Assembly (NCBI RefSeq): GCF_030028105.1
Contig: NC_092371.1
Location: 14,715,884-14,779,883, forward strand
DNA: 64,000 bases
Reading direction: 5' to 3'
Source: Mobula birostris
Taxonomy: Eukaryota
Made by a program: the position numbers and the translations under genes. Positions within the stretch are counted from its first letter, which is position 1. Every line of letters starts with the position of its first letter. The notes beneath the pieces are model-generated. The model was not told the DNA's origin and made no database searches. It saw only the letters and a program-made list of their open reading frames with translations. Below, piece after piece: positions 1-13,100 of the stretch.

Positions 1-324
1 CGCAGCAGCAGAAGGAAACCGTTCGACCCTACAGGGCTCACAAGCGAAGAGCAGAAGCGGATCAAAACTTCCAGAATTTACTTCCCTTCAATCACACTTC
101 GCCTGTCCAGTACCTTAACTCGTTTCACTGATAACCTTACCCTCGTATGAAACCACATTTGATAATATGGCACTTCCCATCCTCGAGATTCGCTAGATTG
201 CGTAAAGCATACACACGACCCTACATAAATGAAAAGAAAACAACCATTATTGAGCACAAGAATTATGAAGATACTAGAGATCCAGAGCAAAAACACACAC
301 GCACACGCACTCACATTCGCACAC

Positions 325-500
325 CCACAATGCTGGAAGCCTTCAACAGGTCAGACAATAACAATGAAAAAGTATAGAGTCAACGTTTCGGGTCGAATCC
401 CTTCATCAGGATAAGTGATGCGTCCTGGCCCTAAAGGATAATTCTATTCCTTTCCATAGATGCTGCTTGAACTGCTGAATTCCTCCAGCATTTTCTGTGT
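325..500. repeat. Palindromic Penelope-derived short repeat carrying a hammerhead-like core (377-412, - strand)
   Basis: Arms ATGCTGGAAGCC...TTCATCAGG and ...AATTCCTCCAGCATT are inverted. The - strand reads CTGATGA-A-GGG-ATTCGA-CCC-GAAA-CGTT. Confidence 0.6.
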
Positions 501-1517
501 GTTACCGCATTTTCAAATTAACTGGGAAGATAAGAATTGTTAAAGGCAGGGAGGAAAGACTAAAAATCACTGTGAAATGTTATTATAGGTTTGGTAGAAT
601 TAGGGTCTCGGACCGAAACGTCGACTGTTTATTCATTTTCATGGATGTTGCTTGGCCTGCTGAGTTCCTCCAGCACCTTGATTGTGTTGCTTTGGATTTT
701 CAGTAACTACAGAATTTCTCGTGTTTATAATTTTGGTGCTGTATAGATCACCGATTTCTCGTCAGCTCTTTATATTCCATTTAAATATCAGCACATTCTC
801 TGGGATTAGGTATCAAATATAAAGTATCCAACTTTACTGGCGATAGAAAACCGGGCAGTAATGTGATTGGGAAATTGAATTATCCATAAAAAATTATATC
901 AATCCGTAATAAGAGGAAAATAGGCACCATATGGATAGCTATAAGGTTGTAAACTGTGTAATTCAGCCGCAGGCCTGGCCTTTATGGTAGATAATGTCTC
1001 TTTCATGGCCCGGAGGGTTTGTGCACCTGCATTTGTTTATACTTTTCGGATCTAGTTTTGTTAAACCTTGCGCTTTCCATTACATCTTGTCAAGTTTATT
1101 TTGATTAGCACGGGTTTTCTGCGTACTGATAATATTTAAGTCGGATTCGGCACTGCACTTATGGCGGTCTCCTGATTTTTCGAGAATGATTCATCTCGCG
1201 GTGGTGCTCGGACAAGCCATCAATATTCTGTTGGAATTACTGTGAATACACTCTTTTTTCTGTCTCTGCATGAGAGCCTGTCGTTCCTCGGCACCTGAGT
1301 TCAGTCGTTTGTCAGCGCACACAGTGGCTGAAGGATGCTGAGCCAAAATGGACCCAGCGGGGTTTCATCAGCCGCTTGGACAACGGTTAGCTGGAGGCGA
1401 GCGTCCCTTATATTCTCAGTGCTCGTTTCGAAGTTCCGTTTCGAGTTCTCCTGTGCTTCCAACTGAGCTATAGGTTTCCGAGGAATATTCCATGTTCCCG
1501 AGTTGTATGCCATGTTA

Positions 1518-1735
1518 TCGATTTTACCAGCCCTGTCTCGAGAGCATCAGGTTAGTTTCGAGTTTACCAGTTCGGTCCTGCGAAATCAGGTCTGTCTCGA
1601 GTTTATCAGTCCTGTCTCCAAAGCATCAGGTCTGTCTCGAGTTTACCAGTCCTATCCCCAGGGTGTCAGGTCTGTCTCTATTTTCCTCGAACTTTCTCCG
1701 GAGCATCTTTTCTGCTTCGAATTCACAAGCCCTGA
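1518..1735 (+). repeat. Minisatellite, ~40-bp unit, 5-6 degenerate copies, probably within an LTR-element remnant
   Basis: Recurrent TCGAGTTTACCAGT...TCAGGTCTGTC units start at about 1518, 1558, 1597, 1637 and 1677. Confidence 0.75.
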
Positions 1736-2624
1736 GTTGAGTGATTTAGGGTTCCTTGGGACGTCAAGTGTACTGCCATGAGCCATACGGGGCTGTGAAC
1801 GTGTCTTTGTTAATCGTTGTTTCATCTGGAGTCATTAAGTCATTTTGCTTTCAATCTTGTCAATCTTGTCAATCTTGTCAAGTTTATTTTGACTGCAACA
1901 GGTTTTCTGTGTACTATGCGTTTTTAAAGTAGACTGCCCATTGGCACTTATTACAGTGTCCTGGTTTTTCGAGGAAGACAGGACTCGCTGTTGCTCAGAC
2001 AAGCCACTGATGTTCTTGTTGGAATTCTTATCTAGAACTGTCTCGATATGGGATTCTATGATTCGTACGCACCTGGGTTCAGTTGTTCGACAGCGCAAAT
2101 CGTATCACTCTCACAAGTAGGGCGGCTTGCTTAGTGGGAGTGAGGGGTGTGGTCAGATTCGAGACGATAAGAAGGATAACCAGTGGAAATTATTGAATCG
2201 GTATACAGGTCTGGAACTCTCTTATTGAAAGGATCTTGGTGCTGAAACTCTTTATAAGGTGCAGCGTGCAGTTCTTTTTCTCGAGGATTGAATTATTTCA
2301 CCAACATCGCCAAATGCTTGCAGATAAAACGATTTATGTCCAGAGTTTTCAGGGTACATTTCAAAATAACAAATGGTTTCTCATTTGTAAGAGCGCCAAT
2401 TATTCCATCGAGAAGGCAGAAAACAGGCTTGAGAAGGATAATAAATAAGACATGATGGAATGGCGATTCAAACGTGATGGGCTGAATAGCCAAAGACAGC
2501 TCTTATGTTTCATGCTTTATGATTAAAAAGTAACTCCTAATTGTCTCACGCATTTTCACTATCAACTTGAAATGCTTAAAATGAAATCTATGTCGACAAA
2601 CCTCTAGGCACGATAGAAAGAAGA

Positions 2625-4035
2625 AGCAACACACACACAATTCTGGAGGAACTCAGGAGACCAGCAGCATCTGTAGAAAACAATAAGCGACGTTTCGGGC
2701 CGAGACTCTTTATCGGGACTAGAGAAGAAGTTGAGAACTTAGAGTCAGAAGGATGGGGGGTAGGTGGGGAAGTAGAAACACAACGTGATGAGTGAATCGG
2801 GGGGGGGGTGTCGTTGGGGAGGTGCCGTGTAGCAAAGAGCTGGGAAGTTGATTGGTGAAAGACATACAAGTTTGGGGAAGGGGTAGTCTAACAGGAGAGG
2901 ACATAAAGCCATGGAGGAAAGAACAGGGGTTGGAGCACCAGAGGAAGGTGATGGACAGCGAAAGAGTTAAGTCAAGAGAGGGAAACAGGAATGGGAAATG
3001 GTGAAGGAGAGGGGGCTGGGCATCAGGCAGTTCAAGACATCGATGCTCATGTCACCAGATTGGAGGGTCCTCGGACGAAAGAAAGGCATTGCTCCTCCTG
3101 TCTGGGTGTGGCCACATCATGACAGTAGAGGAGGCCGTGGACTGACATTTCGAGATTGGAATGGGTAGTAGAATTAAAATGCGTGGACATTGTGAGATCC
3201 CGCTTTTTCTGGCGTAAGTGCTCGGCGAAGTGGTCTCTGAATGTACGTTGGTTTTCACGGATATACAAGAGGCTGTATTGGGAGAACCAGATACAGTAGA
3301 GGACCCCAACAGACTCAGAGGCGAGGCATCGCCTCACCTGGAAGGACTGTTTGGGGCTCTGAATGGTAGTGAGGGAGGAGGTGTGAGAGCAGGCGTAGCA
3401 CTTGTTTCGTTTGCAAGGAAAATTGCCAGGAAGGAGGTCAGTAGGAAGGGACTAATGGTCAGTGAAGTCACATAGGGAGAGATCACTGCGGAAAGCAGAA
3501 AGTGGAGAGGGGAAGAGGTAAAGGCGCTTGGTGTTGGGATCCCGTAGGAGATTAACGAAGTTACGGAGAAGCGTGTTGGACGCGAAGAATGGTTGGGTGG
3601 TGAGTGAGGACAAGAGGAACCCTATCCCTGGTAGGATGGCGGAAGAATAGTGTGAGGGCTGACGTGCTTGAAATGGAAGTGACGTGTATGAGGGCAGCGT
3701 TAATGGTGGAGGATGGGAAGCCCCTGTCTTTGGAGCAGGAAGACATCTTCGTTTTCATCCTAAGAGCAGTTGCGGCGGAGATGGAGGAATCGAGAGAAGG
3801 TGATGCTCTTTTACAGGAAACCTTGTGAGAAGCGGTATTGTCTAGGCAGCTGTGAGAGTTAGGGTTCACAGTAGACATCAGTAGATAAGCTTGTCTCCAA
3901 AGATTGGGACAGAGTGATCGAGAAAGAAGGAGGAGGTGTCGGAAATAGACCAGATAGGTATGAGGGCAGCGTGGAAGTTGGAGGAAAACATGATGTGGTC
4001 GGCGTTCTCTCCAATCACGAAGGATGCCTGAATTA
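2625..4035 (-). mobile_element. Penelope-like retroelement remnant (RT C-terminus, GIY-YIG endonuclease, terminal repeat)
   Basis: Minus-strand peptides FHAALIPIWSISDTSSFFLDHSV and LYCIWFSQYSLLYIRENQRTFRDHFAEHLR resemble Penelope RT and GIY-YIG motifs. The element is frameshifted. Confidence 0.75.
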
Positions 4036-5392
4036 GTAGAAGACTACGAAGTGTGATAACCCTTCTGGCAGGAAGGAAATAACCAGTCAATGAATGGTTG
4101 AAGGAATGTATGGAAGTGAAGAATGGCACGAGCCTAGAGTATGGCCCTTTTGGTAAACTTGAATATTGTGAATGAACCTCTTGGTGTTTACGTGGACTTC
4201 AGCAAGATCCTTGTCAAGGATCCGCATGGTAAGCTGGTTTGGAAGCTTGGATAACATAAGGCACGGGATCAGTGTGCCAATTACCTAAAACAAGTTTGTG
4301 TGGCATTAGATTGAGATCGATAGTGAAGCATCCTTTTACACACTGGAGGACTGCTATCAAAGGTGTACAACAGCGATATGTGCTGGCTCTACGATTGTTC
4401 GGCTATAATAACCATTTGGATGAGAAAGTATTTGGTATGGTTGGCAAGTTGCACTTTGGTATGATAAACTGCAATAACTTCTGCGTCAAATTGCAGGAAC
4501 CTGGAAAGTATTGTAGAACAGAGAGACCGAGGGACACCAGTGGCAAAATGAATGATGCAGAATCACGTTATGTCGAAACATATATCAATTCCAGCCTGGA
4601 ATCTGGCGGGGCTATTAGAGAGTGAATTTCATCAGTTGTCAGTTCCTGACTGAAATGGGTGATATCCACTTTCTCATCCTGCCCACCATCGCTTAACCCC
4701 CACGAAACCAACCCGACCCCAAAAGAGGGAACAGACTTTACCTCCCTTTTGCTTTCAATTTAGTAATGTGTAACGTGATTACCTCTCATTTCCCTACACT
4801 TCAGAGAGCCTGACGTCTCCTTCTCAACCTCAAAGAAAAATAAATTTAGCATCGAAGTTCAAATATGCCATCATATACTCCTGTTAGATTAATTGTCCTG
4901 CGGATATTCAGAATAAATACAAAGAAGTGCATAAGAATCAATGATCAACGGCAGGCTATAAAGACGGACAATGAAACAATGTGCAATTACCCAAAATAAT
5001 CGTAAATAAAATAGCAATAACGATCAGGAGCATGACTTACAGAGCTCTTGAAAGTGTCCATAGATGGTGGAATCAGTTGGTGTGAATTAAGTTGAGTGAA
5101 GTTGTTCCCTCTGTTTCAAGTGTCTGATAGTAGAGGGTGCTAATTTTCTCACAACTGTTCATAGTTTTGCGGGACCTGTGGCTCATGTACATCGTTCCCA
5201 TGGCAGCAACAATAACAGAGCAAGGCTTACATGGTGGGATTTGTGGGGAATGGGGACCTTGAAGATGTTTGCTGCTTCATGGTACTGCTCCGCTTTAGGT
5301 GAGCTCAGTAGTGGGGAGGGTTTTACCTGTGATGGACTCGGAATTATCCACTACTTTTTGTGGGTCTTTCCGTTCAAAGGCACTGGGATTTC

Positions 5393-6520
5393 TGTCATCG
5401 TCCGGTTCGTGAGGTCCGCATTCCGGTTCACGGTCAGGTCCATCGATCCGTATTCCAGGTTTTCTGGTTTTCCCCTGTCCTGCTGTGTGCCTTAATTGAG
5501 GCACATGATTCTAATTTTGGGCTGGCCACTAAATAGCTCCTGGGCTCAGCTTCATTGAGTGGGCTGTTTCCTCCCCTTCCCCTTCCTTCTGAAGCCTCGC
5601 CTGCTACCTTCGACTGTGTCCTCGCCTGTAACGCTGTCAGGTTCAGCCGCCAGAGCAAAACCGGGTGTTGTTGTGTCTAGATAAGGATCAGTCTTTCGTT
5701 GTTTGGAACTGCCTCTTTGTGTCCTCGCCTTCGCTAGGTAGGTCCGGCCGTTTGCCGTTAACTTGAGTTAGGAACTGTCTCTGTGTCCACGCCTTCGCTA
5801 GGTAGATCCGGCCATTTGCCGCTACACTGAGTGGAGATCTGTTTGTCAGTGTTCTGTGTATGAGTCCCGGCACTATGTCCTGCTCCCTAGGAGGTGTCCT
5901 GACTCTGTGAAGAGCCCAGGCCCCAAGTCCTGTTCCCAAGGAGAGGTCCAATCTCTCTGTTCCATGGTCCTGTTCTCACTCGACCAAGGCTCTGCTTTCC
6001 CGTTCTCCCTCGACCAAGGCTCTGCCTTTCTGTTCCCCCTCCACCAAGGCTCTGCGTTCCCCTTCTCCGTCGAACAATTCAAGGCTTCGTGTTCTCGTCC
6101 GGACCATGTGCCTCGCACAGCCCAAGAGTATCACCCCTAGCCCGGTATTGGGGATCCCTCGTCTTGTGCTGGAGTTTCCTCGTCCTGTACAGGAGTCTCA
6201 CGTCTTGTCCTGTGGCCACTTCTCGTCATGTAGCCACGTCTTGTCCTTGCCTGGATCCGGGGTCCTAGCCCGAGTCAAAACCCAGGTTCCAAGTCCCTGT
6301 ACAGTCTCTGGCTCGGAGACCTTCTCCAAGTTCCAAGTTCCTAGTTCCTCGTCCGGGTCCCGTTTTCCTAGTCTAGTCCTAGCCCAGGCCTTGTATCCTA
6401 GTCTCCTCCAGCGTCGTTTCTTCCTCACTTCCCTTGCTTTCTTGACACACCTAGCCCTGTTCCTAGTACTTCAGTGTCTGTGTCTTGCATTTGGGTCCGC
6501 TTCAGCGCCCTCGTGTGACA
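5393..6520. mobile_element. Solo LTR (family A)
   Basis: TGTCA...TGACA termini and a 5-bp TSD ATTTC/GTTTC. The paralogous empty site is visible at ~57462-57472, and there are no internal retroviral ORFs. Confidence 0.85.
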
Positions 6521-8063
6521 GTTTCCATAGCACGCAGTGATACAAGCAGTCAATAGAGATCAATCGTGCATCTATAGAAGCTTGTAAGAGTTTTAGATAT
6601 CATGCCAAAGCTTTGCAAACTTCTAAGAAAGTAGTGGCACTGTCGTGTCTTCTTTATAATGGCGGTTGTGGGCTGGACCCTGTACAGAAATGCTAACATC
6701 TCTGATCTCCTGATGAGGGCTGGCTGAAGGATCTCCGACTTCCAACCCCTGTAGTCACTAAATTGTTCTTAGTCACTACATTGTTCTTTTGTTTTACTGA
6801 CCTTCAGTGAGAGATTGTTGATGTCCACTATTCAGTCAGATAAGGTCATGCCTTTGAGTCAGACCTCTCCACCATGGAAGCAAAGGCTACACAACCAACA
6901 ACCAACATGGGGACTGAGATCCGAAAACCAGTGGCAGATATGTTTAACAACCTGCCAGAGGAAGTGGTAAAAGGAAGTAAGATCGTGCAGTTTGAAAGAC
7001 ATCCGGGCAGTTAGCTGGATATTAAAAAAATATGGTGACATTAGTCAAACGCATACAAGTGCGATGAGCGCAGTTGGGCAACTTGGCCAGCATGGACAGG
7101 TTGGGCAGAAAGGCCCATTTCTGTGCTGTATAACTCTATAAGTCTAAATATCGGGGCTCTCAGGGACAGGGAATTAGTGTCATAGTTGGTTGTCAGTGAG
7201 GCTCAATAAGAACCAACCTAAGTCTTCTAATAAATATTATTTATTCTAGGGACTGACATGTAAGGACAAAATATGTTTTAAGTTAGTAACAACGAATAAG
7301 ACCAAAGATCAATTATATCCTTCGCAGGTTAATGACATCCAAGTACAACAAGCTGTGAGGGAGATAATGTTGGCTTTTCTCAAGGAGTTTGAGGACGGGA
7401 TATTTTGGTTGGATGACAAATGTTCAGTAGAGGAAACAGATGTGTCTTCGGATCGAATAGCCCCAGGCTGATCATGCTCTCTGGAGGAGAGAAGCAACCC
7501 GTAATGAAAGGCTGAGAAAGTAAAACTAAACAAGTTTGGGGAACTGAATGGTGAATACACCGAAAGACAATGTACTGATTCGACGACAAAGAGGACGCAA
7601 AATCTCTTTCCTCTGGATGGGCGATGGCAGATAGGATGAAGAACGATGCCGTTGACCGAATTCAGTCAGGACCTGTCAATTTTCTCTCCAAATGCCCCGT
7701 AAATTTTTAGTCGTGGCCAGAGTCCAGGATGGGATGGGTAGATGTTTGTGCACAACGTAGTTCGGTGCTGTGGATACCGGCAGGGCAGTGCTGGGTTTAT
7801 GACCATTTCAGATCTTGGATAACAGCAAAGCAGGTGCGCGAGGTCCATGCGTGATCTTATATATTCCCCTGTCTGTCCGGTATTGAAATAATTATCGGTT
7901 TCCTCAGGTTATGCTGCGGGTTGGTTCTGAGATGGAGAGAGATACGCAGTCCATGATCACCCTCCAGTGTATTCTCAAACCTTGATGCTCTTCAAGTGAG
8001 TTTTCTGTGATCTGCTTTCAAAGTTATGCATTTGTCACACATAGAGCTGAGAAAGCCATCACT

Positions 8064-8200
8064 NNNNNNNNNNNNNNNNNNNNNNNNNNNNNNNNNNNNN
8101 NNNNNNNNNNNNNNNNNNNNNNNNNNNNNNNNNNNNNNNNNNNNNNNNNNNNNNNNNNNNNNNNNNNNNNNNNNNNNNNNNNNNNNNNNNNNNNNNNNNN
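8064..8200. other. Assembly gap (137 N)
   Basis: Run of N in the sequence. Confidence 0.99.
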
Positions 8201-10037
8201 TCTCCACCTCTCCCTCCTCTGCTCTCCCTTTCTCTGCCTCTGTCTCTCTCTCCCCAGCTCCCGTCTTTCTCCTCTCTGTCTCTGCACCTCTCTCACATAC
8301 ACTCTCTCCCCTCACGTTCCTATCTTACTCATTCTGCCTCAATTCCAACTGCTTTTTCTTTCAGCCAATCTCTCTCTCCCTCCCCGCTCTCACCGTCTCA
8401 CCCTCTGCCCCTCCTGTTTCCCATAACTCATTCTACCTCGTTCCTCTGCACCTCTCTATCTTCCTGTCCAATTATTCCCACATTCATCGCTTGTCACAAT
8501 TGCATAAGCTTTTATTTTAATATTTAGTTTAAGAATGTGTCTCTTCCTATTTCTGAAGTTTCTCAGATTGAGAGATTTTTTAGAAACAAATTCTGTCGTA
8601 TCTCATCAACCCCACCCCCACCTTCCCGGGATCTCGTGACCGCGCGACCTGCACCACTTCACAAACAGGACAGAAACAGCAGCAATTTGTGTAACTGTCG
8701 CTAAATAAAGGCTGCACAAATCGCGTCCCGGTCCCGTGGGGAGATGACGTGGCCCGCAGCTGTATCAGTGCTGCTCACAACATAGACAGTTGGACCCTAT
8801 CCATCTATCCGTCCCATCCTCGACTCTGGTCAGCGACCAAAAAAAATCAAGGGGGCCTGGAAGAGGAAATTGAAAGGCCCTGACTGAATGAGAGAGAGAT
8901 TAACTGGACTGACCAGTGTCCTACGGTCAGGACGGGGTTGAGAGAGAATTACCATATCCCAGGTTATGAACGACACGTTTTCTAAACGGTAGTCACCATC
9001 TCCAGTTATCGAATAAAAGGTAATCGATAGAACAACTCTTACAGAACCCAAACAGCAGCATATTAAGCAACAACATTTCACAAATAAAAACAAGCCAGTG
9101 TTTCACAGTGGCGTTGTTAGATAAACGCCGATACCGTGTCACATAAGTCGAACTTTTAATTTTTTTAATTGGATGATTGTTTTTTTCTCATCTATTGCGC
9201 AATATCGAACAGATGGTGGCCGAAAGAAGGCTGGGTGGTGATGAACTGAATCATGGGCAAGTGAAGGGAGATTTGATGTACCACCCGTGACTCACTGTTA
9301 ATAACATCCTTCATCAGAGTGAGGATCAGCATTCGAATCAGGTATAATATCATTGCCATAGGTCGTGAAATTTGTTGTTTTTGCCCCAGAGTGCTGAGGA
9401 CCCGATTAAAATAAACATGGAATGTCATCAAGTAATAGTGCACCACAGCATCAAATCAGACCTTTCGGTCCTTCTAGTCTGTTCCGAACTATTATTACTG
9501 TTAGTCCCATCATTCTGCACCCTCCATTCCCCTCCCTCCATACAGATTTCTCTTAAACTTAAAATCGACCCTCATCCATCACATCTGCTGGTAACTCTTT
9601 CCTCATTCTCACTGTCCTTTGAGTGAACGAGTTTCCCCCGATGTTCCTTTTAAACATTCCACCTTGTAATCTTCTTCCATGATGTCTCGTTGTAGTCTCA
9701 CCTAATATCAATGGAAAAATACCCTGCTAATATATTACGCTTGTTATATTTCTCTGGTGTGGTGTAGTAGGAGACAGGAAGACCAACCAGAACTGCCAAT
9801 ATAAGAATGTAAGAAAAAGTTTAAAATGGAATGTTTAACTTGGATCAATTTCACAGTGGGAATTTAAATACTAGAAAGTAAATAAATAAAGTGACGGTGA
9901 AATTATACACATATTGGACAAGGCTAAGGAAGTCTTCTGGAAGTATACTGGAACGACAGACCAAAGTGATACTCTATCACTCTATGCAGGCGGCATGAGT
10001 AAGAAGGAGCATCTGGTCAAGAAATAGGTATATTTCA

Positions 10038-10065
<28 letters not shown>
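10038..10065. repeat. (AG)n microsatellite
   Basis: Direct reading of the sequence. Confidence 0.95.
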
Positions 10066-10068
<3 letters not shown>

Positions 10069-10117
10069 GGCTAGAAAACATGTTTTAGGATCATAGAGGG
10101 ATGGCGGAATCCATTGT

Positions 10118-13100
10118 TAAGACCATGAGACATAAGTGCAGAATTAGGGCTTTTGGCGCGGCAAGTCTGATCTGGCATTCACTCATGGGTGATCCTTTTT
10201 TTCTCTCCTCTTCAGCCCCGGATCCCAGACTTCTCCCCATCATCTTTGATGCCATGTCCAATGAAAAACCTATCAATCTCTGCCTTATATATACTCAACG
10301 ACCCGGCCTCCACAGCTGCATGTGGCACCAAATTCCATAAATTCAACATCCTTTGGTTGAAGGAGTTTCTCCGCACCTCGGTTTTGAAAGGGCTCCCCAC
10401 TATCCTGAGGCTGTGCCCTCTTGTCCGAGATTTTCTCACCATGGGAAACATCCTTTCCACTCTGTCTAGGCAATTCAACATTCCAAAGGTTTCAATGAGA
10501 TGCCACCTCATCCTTCTGAATTCCAGTGTGTACAGATCCAGAGCTATTAAACTTTCCTCGTATGATAAACTTTTAATTCCTGGAATCATCATTGTGAACA
10601 TCCCCTGGAGCCTCTCCAATGCCAGCACATCCTTTCTAAGATAAGGAGCCCAAAACTGTTCACAATACTCAAGGTGAGGCCTCACCAGTGCCTTTTAAAA
10701 CCTCAGCATCACATACGTGCTTTTGCATTGGAGACCTCTTGAAATGAATGCTAACGTGGCATTTGCCTTCCTCACCACTGACACAAACTGGAAGTTAACC
10801 TTGAGGATGTTCAGCACAAGGACTCCCAAGTCCCTCTGCATCTCAGATTCCTTGATTTCTCCCCGTTTAGAAAATAGGCCACACATTTATTTCTACTACC
10901 AACGTGCATAACCATGCATTTTCCAACATTGTGTTTCATTTGCCACTTTCTTTCACATTCTCCTAACCTATGTCCTTTCCTCAACACTACATGCCTCTTC
11001 ACTAATCTTCGTATCGTCCGCAAACTTTATAACAAAGTCATCTATTCCATCATCTAAATCATTTGCATACAGCATAATGCAAGGTGGTCCTAAAAACGAC
11101 CCCTGCGGAACACCACTAGTCACTGGCAGCCAACCAGAAAAAGATTATTTTATTCCCAATCGCTGCCTCCTACCAATAGGCCAATGCTCTAACCAATTAT
11201 GTAACTTTTTGTAATACCATGGGCTCTTAACTTGGTAAGCAGCCTCATGTGTGGCACCTTGTCAAAAAGCCTTCTGAAGGCCCAAACACACAACATCCAC
11301 TGCATCCCTTTTATCCTACAAAGGTACTCGTAATCTCAAAGACTTGTAACAGTTTCGTCAGGCAGGATTTTCCCTGAAGGAAACCATGCTGATTTTGTAC
11401 TACGTTATCCTGTGTCAGCAGGTAGTCCATTACCTGATCCTTAACAATTGACTCTAACACCTTCCCAAACACTGAGGTCAGCTTAACTGGTCTATAACCT
11501 TTCTCTACTGCCTTCCTCATTTCTTAAAGAGTGGAGTAACATTTGAAATTTTACAGTCGACTGCTACCATGCCAGAGTCCAATTATTTTGGAAGATCATA
11601 TCTCATGCCACCACAGTCCCTAACGCTACCTCTTTTAAAACACTAGGGTGCAATTCCGCTGGTCCGAGTGACTTATGCACATTTCGGTCTTTCAGCCTTT
11701 TGAGCACCTTCTCTCTTGAAACAGTAACTGCACCCATTTCTCTTCCGTCACACACTGCAACATCACGCACACTGCTAGTGTCTTCCACAGTGAAAACTGA
11801 CGCAAAATACCTATTTAGTCCATCAGCTATTTTTTGTACCCCGTTAAGATTTCTCTTGCCTCATTTTCTAGCAGTCCTATATCCACTCTCATTTCTCTTT
11901 TAACATTCTTTATAAACGTTTACTGTCCACTTTGATATTATTTGCCAGCTTGCTTTCATATTTCATCTTTTCCCCTCTCTTGATATTTTGAGTTGTTCTC
12001 TGCAGTTTTTTTTAAACTTCCCAATCCTTTATCTTCCCACTAATATTTGCATTGTTGTATGCACTTTCTTTTGCTTTTACAATAGCTTTGACTTCCTTGT
12101 CAGCCATGGTTGCATTATTTAATCATTTGAGTATTTCTGCATTTTTGCAATACAAATATCTTGCACCTACCTCATTTCTCCGAGAAACGCACGTTATTGC
12201 CGCTCTACTGACATGCTTGCCAGCTGCTGCTTCCAGTTTACTTTGGCCAACTCCTCTCTCATACCACTGCAGTTTCCCTTCACTGAAATACTGCTGAATC
12301 AGACTTTACTTTTTCTCTGTCAAATTTGAAGTTGAACACAACTATATTGGGATGACTGCTTTCTCAAAGTTCTTTTACCTGAAGCTCGCTAATCACCTCC
12401 GGTTTATTACATAAAACCCAATCCAGTATGGTTGCTCCCCTGGTAGGCTCAACGAAAAAATTGCTCTAAAAAGCTTACTCTTGGACATTCAACAGTCTCA
12501 CTGTCTTGAGATCCATTCCCAACCTAATTTCCGCAACCGACCTGATTGATTAAACTCCATTAACTACATTGCTCTTTTGATTCGCCTTTTCGTTTTCCTT
12601 TTCTAACGTGTGGTTGATCTCCCAGCTTCTGTTGAGACGCCTGTATATAAGTGCCAGCAATGTCCTTTCACCTTTACAGTTCCTTAACTCAACCCATAAT
12701 GATTCAACATCTTCCAAACCTATGGCACATCTGATTTGATTTTACTCGTAGAGCCACACCACCCCATCTGCCTACCTTCCTATCCCTCCGATATAACGTA
12801 TAACCTTGGACATACAGCTCACAACTACAACCATCCTTCAGCCACGATTCACTGAGGGACACAACATCATACCGGCAATCTGTAATATTTCAACAGGATC
12901 ATTCACCTTATTTATTATACTACGCGCATTTAGATACAACACTTAAGTACGGGATTTGCTACCCTTTCTGAGTCTGTATCCCTAATGATTTGATACTCAG
13001 ACTGCTGCCTGCAACTAAGTCCCATCACCTGCGTGCACTTCCTGACAATCTGACTGCACGCTAACTTTAGATTTTTACTATCCATCCTATCCTGAGTCCC

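Larger units (their letters stand above)
1..4250 (+). repeat. Upstream-flank block of the IgL cluster, duplicated in inverted orientation at ~22015-33017
   Basis: The reverse complement of 1-500 matches 32340-33017, 800-1270 matches 28985-29540, 1860-2290 matches 25380-25865, and 2390-4250 matches 22015-23860. Confidence 0.85.

Noticed and set aside
1518-1735. CRISPR-like repeat/spacer appearance
   Set aside because: The context is a vertebrate genome, the variable parts are homologous to each other and too short, and there are no cas genes. It is a minisatellite.
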